Origin: an uncultured bacterium
GTDB taxonomy: Bacteria; Bacillota; Limnochordia; DTU080; JAAYLA01
Direction: 5' to 3'
Length of the DNA stretch: 64,000 nucleotides
Assembly (NCBI GenBank): GCA_937983075.1
Contig: CALKAQ010000031.1
Location: 1,717 to 65,716 of the forward strand
The notes under the pieces were generated by a model. That model did not search any database and was not told where the DNA came from. It worked only from the letters and a program-made list of their open reading frames with translations. This document shows, piece by piece, positions 1-10,045 of this stretch. The first letter of the stretch is position 1, and each line of letters begins with the position of its first letter. The position numbers and the translations under genes were made by a program.

Positions 1-8
1 GGGCGGAG

Positions 9-299
9 GTGCTGGCACGGGCATCGGAATTGCGTACTCTCGATGTAATTAATATCACCGACGGTCGGCGTTTGGGTCACGTGTTTGACATCGCGCTCGA
101 TGTGGATTCCGGTCAAATACGGGCTCTTGTGGTCCCGACGGAGAAACCGTCATGGTTTTCGTTTTTGCGTCAAGGCACCGATGTCGAGGTGCCTTGGGAT
201 TGTGTCGTCAAAATCGGTATTGACGTCATCCTCGTTGAGTTGCCTGAACACCAAGCAGGCAGTCCATGGCGACGCCGAGAAGACCTCTCCTTACGCTAG
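9..299 (+). CDS. ylmC: YlmC/YmxH-family PRC-barrel sporulation protein
   Basis: N-terminus SELRTLDVINITDGRRLGHVFDIALD aligns with Bacillus YlmC; GTG start at 9 with GGAGG just upstream; about 15 aa C-terminal extension. Confidence 0.7.
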   Translation: MLARASELRTLDVINITDGRRLGHVFDIALDVDSGQIRALVVPTEKPSWFSFLRQGTDVEVPWDCVVKIGIDVILVELPEHQAGSPWRRREDLSLR

Positions 300-330
300 C
301 CTTGCCGACTTTCAAAGGAGGTCTTCTCGG

Positions 331-1140
331 ATGCCTGCTGCATCTTCCCTTTCATTCATCCAATCGCCACTGCTGCTCACTAACCAACATATTATCCACG
401 GTTTTACCACGCGCGTCGGGGGCTTCGGCGCATCTCCCTTCGATTCGCTCAATCTGGGCCTTCATGTAGGCGATCATCTCCAAACGGTCATCGACAACCG
501 ACGTCTTGTCTGTGAGTCGCTCGGATTCACGCTGCGCGATTGGGTGAGCGGTGAACAAGTTCATGGGATAAACGTTGCCGTCGTGGGAAAAGAGGCTGCG
601 GGACGAGGCGCTCTATCCATAAAGACCGCGCTGCCTGCAACCGATGGTTTGATCAGCCGTACTCCGGGACTGTTGCTCGCAGCTTGTTTTGCGGACTGTG
701 TGCCGGTGTTTTTTGTCGATCCTGCCGTTCCCGCGGTTGGCATCGCGCACGCGGGCTGGCGCGGCACGTTGGGCGGAATCGTCGAGCGCATGGTGGATCA
801 GTTTCAAGCTGCTTTCGATACGCCGCCCCATCGTCTGAAAGTTTGGTTGGGACCCGCCATCGGGCCGTGCTGCTATCAAGTGGATCAATCGCTGGCTGAG
901 CAATTCAGCCGTCTGCCCTCTGTTTCCGGCGGAGCTGCGATTGTGCGGCGGGGTGGAACCTATTGGCTTGACCTGCGGCTCGTCAATCGAATGCGTCTGC
1001 TGGCGGCAGGCGTAGATGAAGCGAATATTGACGTCTCGCACCATTGTACAAGCTGCGAACCCGTGCTCTTTTTCAGCCATCGCAAAGCCGGGCCCGCGAC
1101 CGGTCGGATGGCTGGGCTAATCGGAATCTCCCCTTCCTAA
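331..1140 (+). CDS. pgeF: YlmD/PgeF laccase-domain (DUF152) purine nucleoside phosphorylase family protein
   Basis: HGFTTRVGG ... HVGD ... CADC motif series typical of YfiH/YlmD; ATG at 331 preceded by AAAGGAGG; upstream part of ORF 85..1140 is probably not translated. Confidence 0.75.
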   Translation: MPAASSLSFIQSPLLLTNQHIIHGFTTRVGGFGASPFDSLNLGLHVGDHLQTVIDNRRLVCESLGFTLRDWVSGEQVHGINVAVVGKEAAGRGALSIKTALPATDGLISRTPGLLLAACFADCVPVFFVDPAVPAVGIAHAGWRGTLGGIVERMVDQFQAAFDTPPHRLKVWLGPAIGPCCYQVDQSLAEQFSRLPSVSGGAAIVRRGGTYWLDLRLVNRMRLLAAGVDEANIDVSHHCTSCEPVLFFSHRKAGPATGRMAGLIGISPS

Positions 1141-1213
1141 GTCAGCAGGACTCGGTATATCGAAAATAGAATTTGTAACCAACTGCCCAAATGGCAGGGA
1201 GGGGAGCCTCGAT

Positions 1214-3841
1214 ATGATGGAACGTACACCTGTCGAATCGGGTGAACCATCCCGCAAGATTGAAATCACCACAATAATCGTCATCGGGCTCGCTTCATTT
1301 GCACTCGTCAGCCTCTATTCCCAAGCGGCAGGCACGATTGGATCCTGGCTGTCTTCCGCTTTGCGTTATATTTTCGGACAATTTGCCGCCGTACCACCGT
1401 TGTTTCTCGGTATCGTTTCCATTGTGACCATTCGCAAGAGAACGACGTCTTTTGTTCGCAAAGTTCTCGCAGCTGCGCTTTTCTTTTTTGTGCTCATGGT
1501 TGCCTGGCACATGATCAAAGGACGTCCGATCGGCTTTGTGTGGGAAGATGTCCGCTCTTTCTCGTCTGCCGAACCAGGGGGCGGCATCATCGGGGCTTTG
1601 TCCAGCTACGCTCTTCTGACCGCATTCGGCCAGGACGGTTCCGTTGTGATCTTGATCGTCGCTGCGCTCATCGCCGTTTCGCTTTATTTGGATACGCCGC
1701 TGTCTCGTTTTGTCGCCGCGGTTGCCGGTGGAGTTTTGAAATTGGCGACGAACTTCCGAGCGACGGTCGGGGAGTGGTACCATCGCGCCCGAGCCGATGT
1801 CAGCGATCTGTTTGCTGCTTTGCGCGATCGCTGGGTACTGTTTCGCACCGGCCGTACGGAACGGCGGGAGCGGTACAGTCGAGAAACCGACGACGCTGCG
1901 GGCGAAAAGAGCACGTTGTGGGCAAAAATCCGATCGTTGAGCATTTGGGATAAGCTCTTGCGCTCCAAAAGTAATGAGGAGGAGCGGGATTGGGCCGTTG
2001 ATCGTCCTCAGCTGAGGCGGAAACGCGCAGATGAGGCGGCCTACGAGCATGCAGACAAGGTGTCGGAGTTTGTATCCGCAAGTGTCGTGACGAGTTCTGA
2101 ACCCGAAACGGAAGCGGATCTCGTGGTTGAATCCCTGCATCCTCCTGCGCTGCGGGAAGCGGCCGGTGCGCTGGAGATCGTTCAGGAAGACGAAGAATTG
2201 GACGAGATCGACGACGCGGCAGTGAGCGTTGAAGCGAGTCCGCAGCGACATCTTGAGCGCGGCAAGGTGCGGAGAAGCAGCACGTCGCTTGGCGCCGTGC
2301 CGTCGGACGCCGATGAGCCCCAAACCATCGCCGCCGATGCCGCAGCCGCAAACGACGAAACGGAAGACGAGCCGAAACCTCGGCGACAGCCTGTTTATCG
2401 CTTGCCGCCTACGGCACTCCTCGAGCGGCCGCGTGGCAGCAGGAACGGCCGCTACGGTGAAGGAGACGGGCAAGCGGCCCTTTTGGAGGAAACGCTGTCC
2501 AGCTTTGGCATCGACGCCAAAGTTGTGCAAGTGCAACACGGGCCGGTTATCACCCGGTATGAAGTTCAGCCGCCGCCCGGCATCAAAGTCAATCGCATTA
2601 CGAGCCTCGCAGACGATATAGCGCTTGCATTGGCGGCGACGGGCATACGCATTGAAGCGCCGGTGCCCGGAAAATCCGTTGTCGGCATCGAAGTGCCGAA
2701 CCGCGAAACGAGTACCGTGTATTTGCGGGAAGTCATTGAATCCGAGGAGTTCCAAAAGTCGTCCTCGCCTCTCGTCGTCGCACTCGGCAAAGACATTGCT
2801 GGCAAACCTGTAGTCGCCGATCTGCGCAAACTGCTGCACGTTCTCATCGCGGGAGCGACCGGTTCCGGCAAATCCGTGTGCATCAATACCATCATCGTCA
2901 GTATTTTGTACAAAGCGCTGCCGCACCAAGTCAAACTGTTGATGATCGATCCGAAGCGGGTCGAGCTTTCCGTGTACGACGGCATCCCGCACCTTGTATC
3001 GCCTGTAGTCACCGATCCCAAGCAGGCGGCCGCGGCACTCAAATGGGCCGTCCGTGAAATGGAGCAGCGCTACAATTTGTTCTCCGAAGCAGGCGTGCGC
3101 AACATCGACGGATATAATCGGTACGTAGAAGCGGTGCGTGAGGGAGCCGAAGCGGCCGGCGGCGACGCGGAAGAGCGCGCTTCGCTGCCGCAGCGGATGC
3201 CGTATATCGTCGTCATCATTGACGAGCTCGCCGATCTCATGATGGTCGCCCATCAAGAAGTCGAAGAGAGCATCAGCCGGCTTGCTCAGATGGCGCGGGC
3301 GGCGGGCATTCACTTGATTGTCGCAACCCAACGGCCGTCGGTTGACGTCATCACCGGGCTGATTAAAGCCAACGTTCCTTCGCGCATAGCGTTTGCTGTG
3401 GCGTCTAGCCATGATTCACGCACCATTCTCGACATGGCCGGAGCAGAACGCCTGATCGGCAAAGGCGACATGCTTTTCTATCCCGCGGGTGCGAGCAAGC
3501 CTTGGCGTGCTCAAGGCGCGTTTATAGCCGATCGCGAAGTACACGATGTCGTTGAATTTTGGAGAAGCCAAGGGGAACCCGAATACCGCGAAGAAGTCGT
3601 GGCCCAAGCGACTGCGGTTCAGAATTCGGACGAGCCTGACGATGAATTGTTTGAGGACGCGGTGCGGCTCGTCGTCGAAACGCAAAACGCTTCGATCTCT
3701 ATGCTCCAGCGTCGTTTCCGCATCGGTTATGCCCGGGCGGCCCGGTTGATCGACATGATGGAGATGCAGGGGATTATCGGCCCTTATCAAGGCAGTCGGC
3801 CGCGCGAAGTGCTGTGGACGAGCTATGAACGAGAATCATGA
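1214..3841 (+). CDS. FtsK/SpoIIIE-family DNA translocase
   Basis: N-terminal TM segments, linker, then Walker A GATGSGKS and the FtsK alpha/beta domain ([23 protein letters not shown]), C-terminal gamma winged helix; GGGAGGGGAG RBS before ATG 1214. Confidence 0.9.
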   Translation: MMERTPVESGEPSRKIEITTIIVIGLASFALVSLYSQAAGTIGSWLSSALRYIFGQFAAVPPLFLGIVSIVTIRKRTTSFVRKVLAAALFFFVLMVAWHMIKGRPIGFVWEDVRSFSSAEPGGGIIGALSSYALLTAFGQDGSVVILIVAALIAVSLYLDTPLSRFVAAVAGGVLKLATNFRATVGEWYHRARADVSDLFAALRDRWVLFRTGRTERRERYSRETDDAAGEKSTLWAKIRSLSIWDKLLRSKSNEEERDWAVDRPQLRRKRADEAAYEHADKVSEFVSASVVTSSEPETEADLVVESLHPPALREAAGALEIVQEDEELDEIDDAAVSVEASPQRHLERGKVRRSSTSLGAVPSDADEPQTIAADAAAANDETEDEPKPRRQPVYRLPPTALLERPRGSRNGRYGEGDGQAALLEETLSSFGIDAKVVQVQHGPVITRYEVQPPPGIKVNRITSLADDIALALAATGIRIEAPVPGKSVVGIEVPNRETSTVYLREVIESEEFQKSSSPLVVALGKDIAGKPVVADLRKLLHVLIAGATGSGKSVCINTIIVSILYKALPHQVKLLMIDPKRVELSVYDGIPHLVSPVVTDPKQAAAALKWAVREMEQRYNLFSEAGVRNIDGYNRYVEAVREGAEAAGGDAEERASLPQRMPYIVVIIDELADLMMVAHQEVEESISRLAQMARAAGIHLIVATQRPSVDVITGLIKANVPSRIAFAVASSHDSRTILDMAGAERLIGKGDMLFYPAGASKPWRAQGAFIADREVHDVVEFWRSQGEPEYREEVVAQATAVQNSDEPDDELFEDAVRLVVETQNASISMLQRRFRIGYARAARLIDMMEMQGIIGPYQGSRPREVLWTSYERES

Positions 3842-3925
3842 CCTGGAGTGCACGAAGGAGTTTGGACCGAAGGCCAACCGAACCAAGCTGAACCGGGGCT
3901 TGTTCGGGAGGGGAGGAACAATTTT

Positions 3926-4921
3926 GTGGAAGAGTTCGGGCGATATTTAAAAGAAGAACGATTGGCCCGCGGCATTTCCCTCAGTGCCGTCCAAGTGACG
4001 ACCCGAATCCGCACGACGTATCTCGAGGCCATTGAGGCGGGTGATTTTGCCTCGCTTCCCGGGAATACTTATGCGCGAGGATTCCTGAAACTGTACGCCA
4101 AGGCCATCGGTTTGGATCCCGAGGAAGTGGTGAAGCGCTATGACGCCTTGCAGAGCCAAAAAATGGCGGAGGTTCAGGAGCTGCTGCAGACACCTTCTCG
4201 CGAGCGGATTTCCGAACGGCTCGCGCGTCGCCGCAGGAAGCGCCGGATACAAACCTTGCGTCTGGCCGGAATACTGATTCTTCTCGTTGCTCTGATTGTC
4301 TTTGGCCGCGAGTTGTTGTTCGCTCCGGAATCTGATGTGACACCGGACGGTGCCAATGGTCTGGAAGTCGGAGTTTTGATTGACAACCCGTCTCCATCCG
4401 CTCAACAAGAGGCCCCGGGCGAAACCGAAAGCGAGGGCGATGACATCTCCGTTGCCGACTCGTCCGTCCAAGGTTCGGATGGAGAAGATGCAGCGAGTGT
4501 AGAACCCGCAAGCGAAGAACCCGTCGATGAGGTGCGAAATGCTGGCGAAGATGCCGCCGCTGATCAGTTGGCTGGTCAATCCGACGATGTTGCCGTGGGG
4601 GAACCGGGCTCCGGGGCCGATGACGAAGCAGCCGTTCCCGCATGGGTTTCTGGGGAAAATGAAATTCAAGTTACGTTGACGTTTGAAGGATTGTCGTGGA
4701 CCGCTGTGTGGGTTGACGGAGAACGGGTGGTTTACCAAGAGGTCCCTGAAGGCACGGTCATGAGTTGGACGGCGCAGGAAAGCATTCGGGTGCGCCTCGG
4801 GCGGGGCAACGAAGTTCGCATTGAGCTCAACGGGGAAGATCTCGGCCTTGCAGGGAACGGTGTGGTTGACCGGGAATTTACCATCGAAACAGTCATGGCA
4901 TTACGGAGGCAAGAAGATTGA
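3926..4921 (+). CDS. rodZ: RodZ-like cytoskeleton protein (HTH_XRE N-terminal domain, DUF4115 C-terminal domain)
   Basis: LGEYLKEERLARGISLSAVQVTTRIRTTYLEAIEAGDFASLPG is the RodZ HTH; membrane anchor plus acidic linker; GTG at 3926 has GGGAGG 9 nt upstream; the ORF track starts earlier at 3848. Confidence 0.7.
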   Translation: MEEFGRYLKEERLARGISLSAVQVTTRIRTTYLEAIEAGDFASLPGNTYARGFLKLYAKAIGLDPEEVVKRYDALQSQKMAEVQELLQTPSRERISERLARRRRKRRIQTLRLAGILILLVALIVFGRELLFAPESDVTPDGANGLEVGVLIDNPSPSAQQEAPGETESEGDDISVADSSVQGSDGEDAASVEPASEEPVDEVRNAGEDAAADQLAGQSDDVAVGEPGSGADDEAAVPAWVSGENEIQVTLTFEGLSWTAVWVDGERVVYQEVPEGTVMSWTAQESIRVRLGRGNEVRIELNGEDLGLAGNGVVDREFTIETVMALRRQED

Positions 4922-5835
4922 GTGAAAGCCATTTCAACGGAATGAGTTCATCTCCGCTCGACTCCATCAGCATTGCTGTTGCCGCTGAAGGAGCTTTGCG
5001 AGCATACGCCGCGGTGACGACGCAGCTCGTTGAAGAGGCGCGTCGACGCCACGGACTCTACCCGACGGCTGCAGCGGCCGTGGGCCGAACGATGACGGCC
5101 GCAGCGATCATGGGGATGATGCTCAAAGAAGGTCAAAACGTCATGGTCCAACTCACCGGAGACGGGCCGATCCGCCAGATCTTGGCTCAAGCGGACGCTG
5201 AGGGAAATGTGCGAGGTTATGCAGCCAATCCGCATGTACACCTTCCCTTAAATCGCGACAAGAAACTTGATGTAGCCGGCGCCATCGGCCAAGGGCGTTT
5301 GGATGTCATCAAAGATCTCCAGCTCAAGGAACCGTATCGGGGCATGGTACGCTTGATTTCGGGTGAAATTGCCGAGGATGTCGCCTACTACTTCGTTCAG
5401 TCCGAACAAGTGCCGTCAGCCGTGGCACTTGGTGTCCGTGTTGAAGCGGAGGGCCGGGTCAGCGCAGCAGGTGGTTTGATTATCCAAGCGCTTCCCGGGG
5501 CCGATCCCCAAGCTTTGGAGGCATTGGAGCAGCGTTTGCAAACGTTGCAGAACGTATCGCGCATGGTTGCGTCCAATATGGGGCCGAATGATATTTTGCG
5601 AGCGGCATTGGGCGACCTCGACATTACCATTCTTAAGGAACATCCGCTTCGTTTTGCGTGCAACTGTTCCCATGAGCGCTTTTCGCGAGGGCTGCTCGCG
5701 CTCGGACCCGACGAGCTGCGGGACATGATTCAGCAAGATGGCGAAGCTGAGTTGACGTGTCACTTCTGTTCGGAGCAATATCACTTTACCAAAGAAGATT
5801 TGCAAGAGCTCCTGCGCAATTTTGAAGAGGCTTAG
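4918..5835 (+). CDS. hslO: Hsp33 redox-regulated chaperone
   Basis: Hsp33 fold motifs and C-terminal CxC...CxxC zinc centre (FACNCSHERF ... CHFCSEQY). Confidence 0.9.
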   Translation: MSESHFNGMSSSPLDSISIAVAAEGALRAYAAVTTQLVEEARRRHGLYPTAAAAVGRTMTAAAIMGMMLKEGQNVMVQLTGDGPIRQILAQADAEGNVRGYAANPHVHLPLNRDKKLDVAGAIGQGRLDVIKDLQLKEPYRGMVRLISGEIAEDVAYYFVQSEQVPSAVALGVRVEAEGRVSAAGGLIIQALPGADPQALEALEQRLQTLQNVSRMVASNMGPNDILRAALGDLDITILKEHPLRFACNCSHERFSRGLLALGPDELRDMIQQDGEAELTCHFCSEQYHFTKEDLQELLRNFEEA

Positions 5836-5954
5836 TGGTCTTCCGCCTCGTTTGCGGCCTGGTTCGGCGGCTTACGGGTTGACCCGTTTTCGGACTGGCA
5901 GTCATAATGCCACAGCTCCCCGTAATAGAATGGTTCTGAGACAAAGGGGGGCTG

Positions 5955-6770
5955 TTGCCAGTGAAAAGAGGACAACGCCGTCGAACCACCGTGCCAAACG
6001 AAAATGGGCCTGGCCTCTTATTTATTTTGGTCGCAATCGGAGCCGTGGCCCTCATCAGCGCTCGCTTTTTCGGTTTCACGCCCGGCGATTGGCTGGCTTC
6101 CACAGGCGGCCCGGTTTCGGTGCAGCAACCGTGGGAAAGCCCGGCGTCGTCAGGGCCGGACGGCAATGACGAATCTGCGCCGATTGTGTTGATTTATCAC
6201 ACACACGCCAGTGAAAACTATGTGCCCAAGGAGGCCCATGCAAGAGCCGGCCAAACCGGCGATATCGTCGAAGTGGGCAGGGCCTTTGCGGCGGCGCTTG
6301 AGGCCGAGGGCATTCGCACGGTTCACCTGACTGGTGCATACGACGCATCATGGTCGGATTCGTACAATCAAGTACGTCCTGCAGTGGCCCAAATGATCGA
6401 GAACTATGGTGAAGTAGCGGCTGTGTTTGATATCCACCGCGATGCAATCGAAAATTGGCATCCCGGTGTGACTACAGCGCAGCTGAATGGCAGCGATGTG
6501 GCGAAAATCATGTTTGTCGTGGGCGAGACGGGCAATAACCGGATTCAGGAAAACATCGCCTTCGCCACCAAGCTCAAAGATCACCTCGGAGCAGTTTATC
6601 CCGAACTCGTTCGGGGCGTGCGCACCATGCAAGGCGATTTCAACGGCGATCTGCATCCCAACGCGGTGCAGGTATATATCGGCGAGCATCGAGACAACAG
6701 TTTAACGGAGGCAAAACTAGCAGCCCAGTATTTGGCCAAAGCTGTGGCAGAAGTCCTCCTGGCCGAATGA
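5955..6770 (+). CDS. SpoIIP-family protein (short paralog of stage II sporulation protein P)
   Basis: N-terminal TM then IVLIYHTHASENYVP ... VFDIHRD ... GDFNGDLHP motifs of the SpoIIP amidase family; TTG at 5955 after AAGGGGGG. Confidence 0.65.
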   Translation: MPVKRGQRRRTTVPNENGPGLLFILVAIGAVALISARFFGFTPGDWLASTGGPVSVQQPWESPASSGPDGNDESAPIVLIYHTHASENYVPKEAHARAGQTGDIVEVGRAFAAALEAEGIRTVHLTGAYDASWSDSYNQVRPAVAQMIENYGEVAAVFDIHRDAIENWHPGVTTAQLNGSDVAKIMFVVGETGNNRIQENIAFATKLKDHLGAVYPELVRGVRTMQGDFNGDLHPNAVQVYIGEHRDNSLTEAKLAAQYLAKAVAEVLLAE

Positions 6771-6836
6771 CGGGAAAACCGCCAGCATCGCAAGCGCCGT
6801 GCCAACAATTGCTGGAGGTAGGGAGGCAGTCCACGT

Positions 6837-8216
6837 TTGAAGATTCCGCAACACGTTCATCTCATTGGAATTGGCGGCACAGGCATGCGCTCCATCGCCA
6901 AGGTGCTGCTCGAGCAAGGATTGCGTGTCACGGGTTCGGATGTCGCAGAAACGGACGCTATCAGTGCCTTGCGTGAGCTCGGGGCGACCATCAACATCGG
7001 GCACAAGGAGGAACATCTCAACGGGGCGGAAATGGTCGTCGTATCGACGGCCATTCTCGCCGACAATCCTGAATGGACCGCGGCCAAGGCGCGCGGGATT
7101 CCCGTGGTGCATCGTTCAGAGCTGTGGGCACACCTGCTCAACAACGGGAAAGGCATCGCCGTTGCGGGCACACACGGGAAGACAACCGTCACGAGTTTGA
7201 TTTCTTGGGTGTTATACCGAGCGGGGCACGACCCTACCTTTCTGATCGGAGGCGAAATTCCCGGGATCGGTGCAGCGCGTTACGGCAAGGGGCCCCTTGT
7301 GGTGGCCGAAGCCGATGAGAGTGACGGATCGTTCGTTCGTTATCGGCCATGGTGCAGTGTCGTAACGAGCATCGAACCCGATCATATGGAATTTTACGAA
7401 GGCGACTTCAAGCGCCTTGTCGCCACGTATCGGCAGTTCCTCCGGAACACGCATCCCGACGGTTTGGCGGTTCTTTGCTGCGACGATGAACGTGTGCGTG
7501 ATGAATTGGCGGAACTCGACTGCCGTCGAGTCACTTACGGATTTCATCCCGAAGCCGAATGGCGTGCGACGCATATCCGACTGCACGAATTTCACTCGAC
7601 ATTCCGGGTGGAGAAAAATGGCGAGCCCGTCGGGGAAGCACGGTTGTCGATCCCCGGCCGTCACAACGTACAGAACGCCCTTGCCGTGATTGCGGTATGT
7701 ACGGAAGTCGGTATCGACTTTGCCCACATTGCTGAGCATATGCCTGCTTTTTCAGGGACGCGGCGCCGTTTTGAACGTGTTGCCGAGCATAACGGGATCC
7801 TGGTGATCGACGACTATGCTCACCACCCGTCGGAAATTCGGGCCACGTTGCAGGCGGCTCGTCGTGGCTGGCCAAATCGGCGGCTCATCGCGGTTTTCCA
7901 ACCTCATCGCTATGCGCGCACGCACGCGCTGTTCGAAGAGTTCGCTGCGTCTTTTGCTGAAGCTGACATGGCAATCATCACGGAAATTTATTCGCCTCCG
8001 CCTGACAAGCCAATCCCCGGCATCACCGGGGAACGCCTGGCGCGGGAGATCCAGGCCGCGTCGCCGCAAGTTCACGTCGCTCACGTACGCGATGTCACTT
8101 CCGTGCCGGACTATTTGTTCGAGCAAATTCGTCCCGGCGACATGATTGTCACGATGGGCGCGGGCGATGTGTGGCGGGCGGCAAAAGCATTGGCCGAACG
8201 GTTGCAAGCCGGTTGA
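6837..8216 (+). CDS. murC: UDP-N-acetylmuramate--L-alanine ligase
   Basis: HLIGIGGTGMRSIAKVL Rossmann motif, GTHGKTTVTSLIS P-loop, DDYAHHPSEI; TTG at 6837 after GGAGGTAGGGAGG. Confidence 0.9.
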   Translation: MKIPQHVHLIGIGGTGMRSIAKVLLEQGLRVTGSDVAETDAISALRELGATINIGHKEEHLNGAEMVVVSTAILADNPEWTAAKARGIPVVHRSELWAHLLNNGKGIAVAGTHGKTTVTSLISWVLYRAGHDPTFLIGGEIPGIGAARYGKGPLVVAEADESDGSFVRYRPWCSVVTSIEPDHMEFYEGDFKRLVATYRQFLRNTHPDGLAVLCCDDERVRDELAELDCRRVTYGFHPEAEWRATHIRLHEFHSTFRVEKNGEPVGEARLSIPGRHNVQNALAVIAVCTEVGIDFAHIAEHMPAFSGTRRRFERVAEHNGILVIDDYAHHPSEIRATLQAARRGWPNRRLIAVFQPHRYARTHALFEEFAASFAEADMAIITEIYSPPPDKPIPGITGERLAREIQAASPQVHVAHVRDVTSVPDYLFEQIRPGDMIVTMGAGDVWRAAKALAERLQAG

Positions 8217-8331
8217 TGCAGCGTGGTCGCACTGCATGCCCAGTTTTCATTTCCATGAAAGCACCTGGGTTTTATGCGCTTCGTTGGGGAATCCTACGGA
8301 TCGAGCCAGACGCTCCGTGGGGTGAGCCCCG

Positions 8332-10032
8332 ATGTCCGACGTTCTCTATGACCTCGACTATATCCCCATATTGCGCGCACTGTCCGATCAAGCATTTGAC
8401 ACGAAACAATGGTTCGATCTGGGAGCCGCCGCCAATGAACTGTCACTGACCGATGGCTTTGACCGGCTGCTTTCACTTGAGGATCTGTCCATTCAGCTGT
8501 TTGAACATCAACGCAAAGCGGTATTGCGTGTCCTGCGCGAGATGCGTGGACGGGCCGTCCTCGCCGATGAGGTCGGTCTGGGGAAAACGATTGAAGCCGG
8601 GGTGATTTTGCGGGAGTATATGGTCCGCGGCTTGGTCAGCCGTGTACTCATCCTTGTCCCGGCGCTTTTGGTCAATCAATGGCGGAACGAACTTCAAGAA
8701 AAGTTTCGCATTCATGCGGCTGTAGCAGTTGCTCCGAGCGATTGGCAACGGCATGATGTCATCGTCGCGTCACTCGATCGTGCGAAACGTTCTCCACACG
8801 CCGCCAACGTTTTGGCGAAAGCGTGGGATCTCGTCATTGTTGACGAGGCGCATCACCTGAAAGACCGGGCGAGCAAGAATTGGCAGTTGGTGAACGGACT
8901 CAAAAAGAAGTATTTGCTGCTGCTCACCGCGACCCCGGTGCAAAACGATCTTCGTGAGCTTTACAACTTGATTACCCTCCTTAAGCCTGGCCATTTGATG
9001 ACCTACTCGGAGTTTTGCCGTGAATTCACCATCGATCGCCACTCACCGAAAAACCTCAAGCTGCTTCGGCAACGACTCGATGAAGTGATGGTTCGAACGT
9101 CCCGACGGGAAACGCTGCTGCGTTTTCCCAAGCGCCGCATTCATTCTTGGTCCGCAGCTTTACGAGGAGCGGAGCGCCGCTTTTACAATCGCCTGGTGGA
9201 TGTGCTGCGGGCGGCCTACCAGCAGGCGCCAAAGAGAGAACGCAATATTTTGCCTTTTATCCTCATTTTGCGCGCGGCGAGCAGTTTGCCACAAGCCGCC
9301 GTCCGCACGCTGCACTCCATGACTCGGCGTGGGACATTGCCCGGCGTTGACACGGAGCACGTGAGCGAGCTGGCGGAAATGGCCACTGAACTCATTCCTG
9401 CCAAATTTACACTGTGCCGCCGCTTGCTGCGGGAAGATCTGCGCGGGGAAAACGTCATCGTTTATACAAATTTCCGTTCGACATTGCGCCGGCTTGGGGA
9501 CGCTTTGGAGGATCTCGGCAAAGAAGTGCATCGATTTCACGGCGGTTTGAGCGATGCCGAGAAAGCTTCCGTGATTGACCGCTTCCGGCGCCATGGAGGT
9601 GTGCTCATCAGCACGGAGACGGGTTCGGAAGGAATGAATCTGCAGTTTTGCCGCTGTCTGATCAACTACGACTTGCCGTGGAATCCTTTGCGCCTTGAGC
9701 AGCGGATCGGCAGAATACACCGCTTGGGACAAGAGAACGATGTCCGCATTGACAATTTGGCAGCGGAAGGCACGGTCGAAGGTTACATTCTGTATTTGCT
9801 CGAGAGAAAAATAGCCATGTTTGACCAGGTGATCGGAGAGTTGGAAAGTATCTTGGGGAACTTTGCCGGTTCTTTCGAGCAGCGCGTCGTCCAAGCGTTT
9901 TTGGCTGCTGACGATTTCGAGACGACAAGGCGTCACATGGAGCGTTTGGGGCAAGAACTCAAGGCAGCGGTGCAAATGTACGGCAGACAAAGGAGCTTTG
10001 TCCAGCAGCTCTTTCAGCCGATTGACGTGTAG
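8332..10032 (+). CDS. SNF2/SWI2-family helicase (YqhH-like), module 1
   Basis: LADEVGLGKTIEAG (motif I), VIVDEAHHLK (DEAH), LLLTATPVQNDLRELYNL, helicase-C motifs ending QRIGRIHRLGQ. Confidence 0.85.
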   Translation: MSDVLYDLDYIPILRALSDQAFDTKQWFDLGAAANELSLTDGFDRLLSLEDLSIQLFEHQRKAVLRVLREMRGRAVLADEVGLGKTIEAGVILREYMVRGLVSRVLILVPALLVNQWRNELQEKFRIHAAVAVAPSDWQRHDVIVASLDRAKRSPHAANVLAKAWDLVIVDEAHHLKDRASKNWQLVNGLKKKYLLLLTATPVQNDLRELYNLITLLKPGHLMTYSEFCREFTIDRHSPKNLKLLRQRLDEVMVRTSRRETLLRFPKRRIHSWSAALRGAERRFYNRLVDVLRAAYQQAPKRERNILPFILILRAASSLPQAAVRTLHSMTRRGTLPGVDTEHVSELAEMATELIPAKFTLCRRLLREDLRGENVIVYTNFRSTLRRLGDALEDLGKEVHRFHGGLSDAEKASVIDRFRRHGGVLISTETGSEGMNLQFCRCLINYDLPWNPLRLEQRIGRIHRLGQENDVRIDNLAAEGTVEGYILYLLERKIAMFDQVIGELESILGNFAGSFEQRVVQAFLAADDFETTRRHMERLGQELKAAVQMYGRQRSFVQQLFQPIDV

Positions 10033-10045
10033 GAGATGAGCGCAG

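Noticed and set aside
1295-3412. 705-aa minus-strand ORF antisense to the ftsK-like gene; similar long antisense ORFs at 30535..32694, 39650..40948, 16195..17373, 22272..23312, 52631..53440, 56851..57879, 12180..14144 (plus strand), 9160..9990 and 10292..11578
   Set aside because: Each overlaps a gene with unmistakable conserved motifs on the other strand. The translations are Arg/Pro/Gly-rich low-complexity sequence of the kind produced by stop-codon depletion in GC-rich DNA.
3848-3925. Upstream in-frame ATG start for rodZ
   Set aside because: GTG at 3926 has a canonical GGGAGG RBS and gives an N-terminus matching RodZ HTH proteins. Residues upstream do not resemble RodZ.
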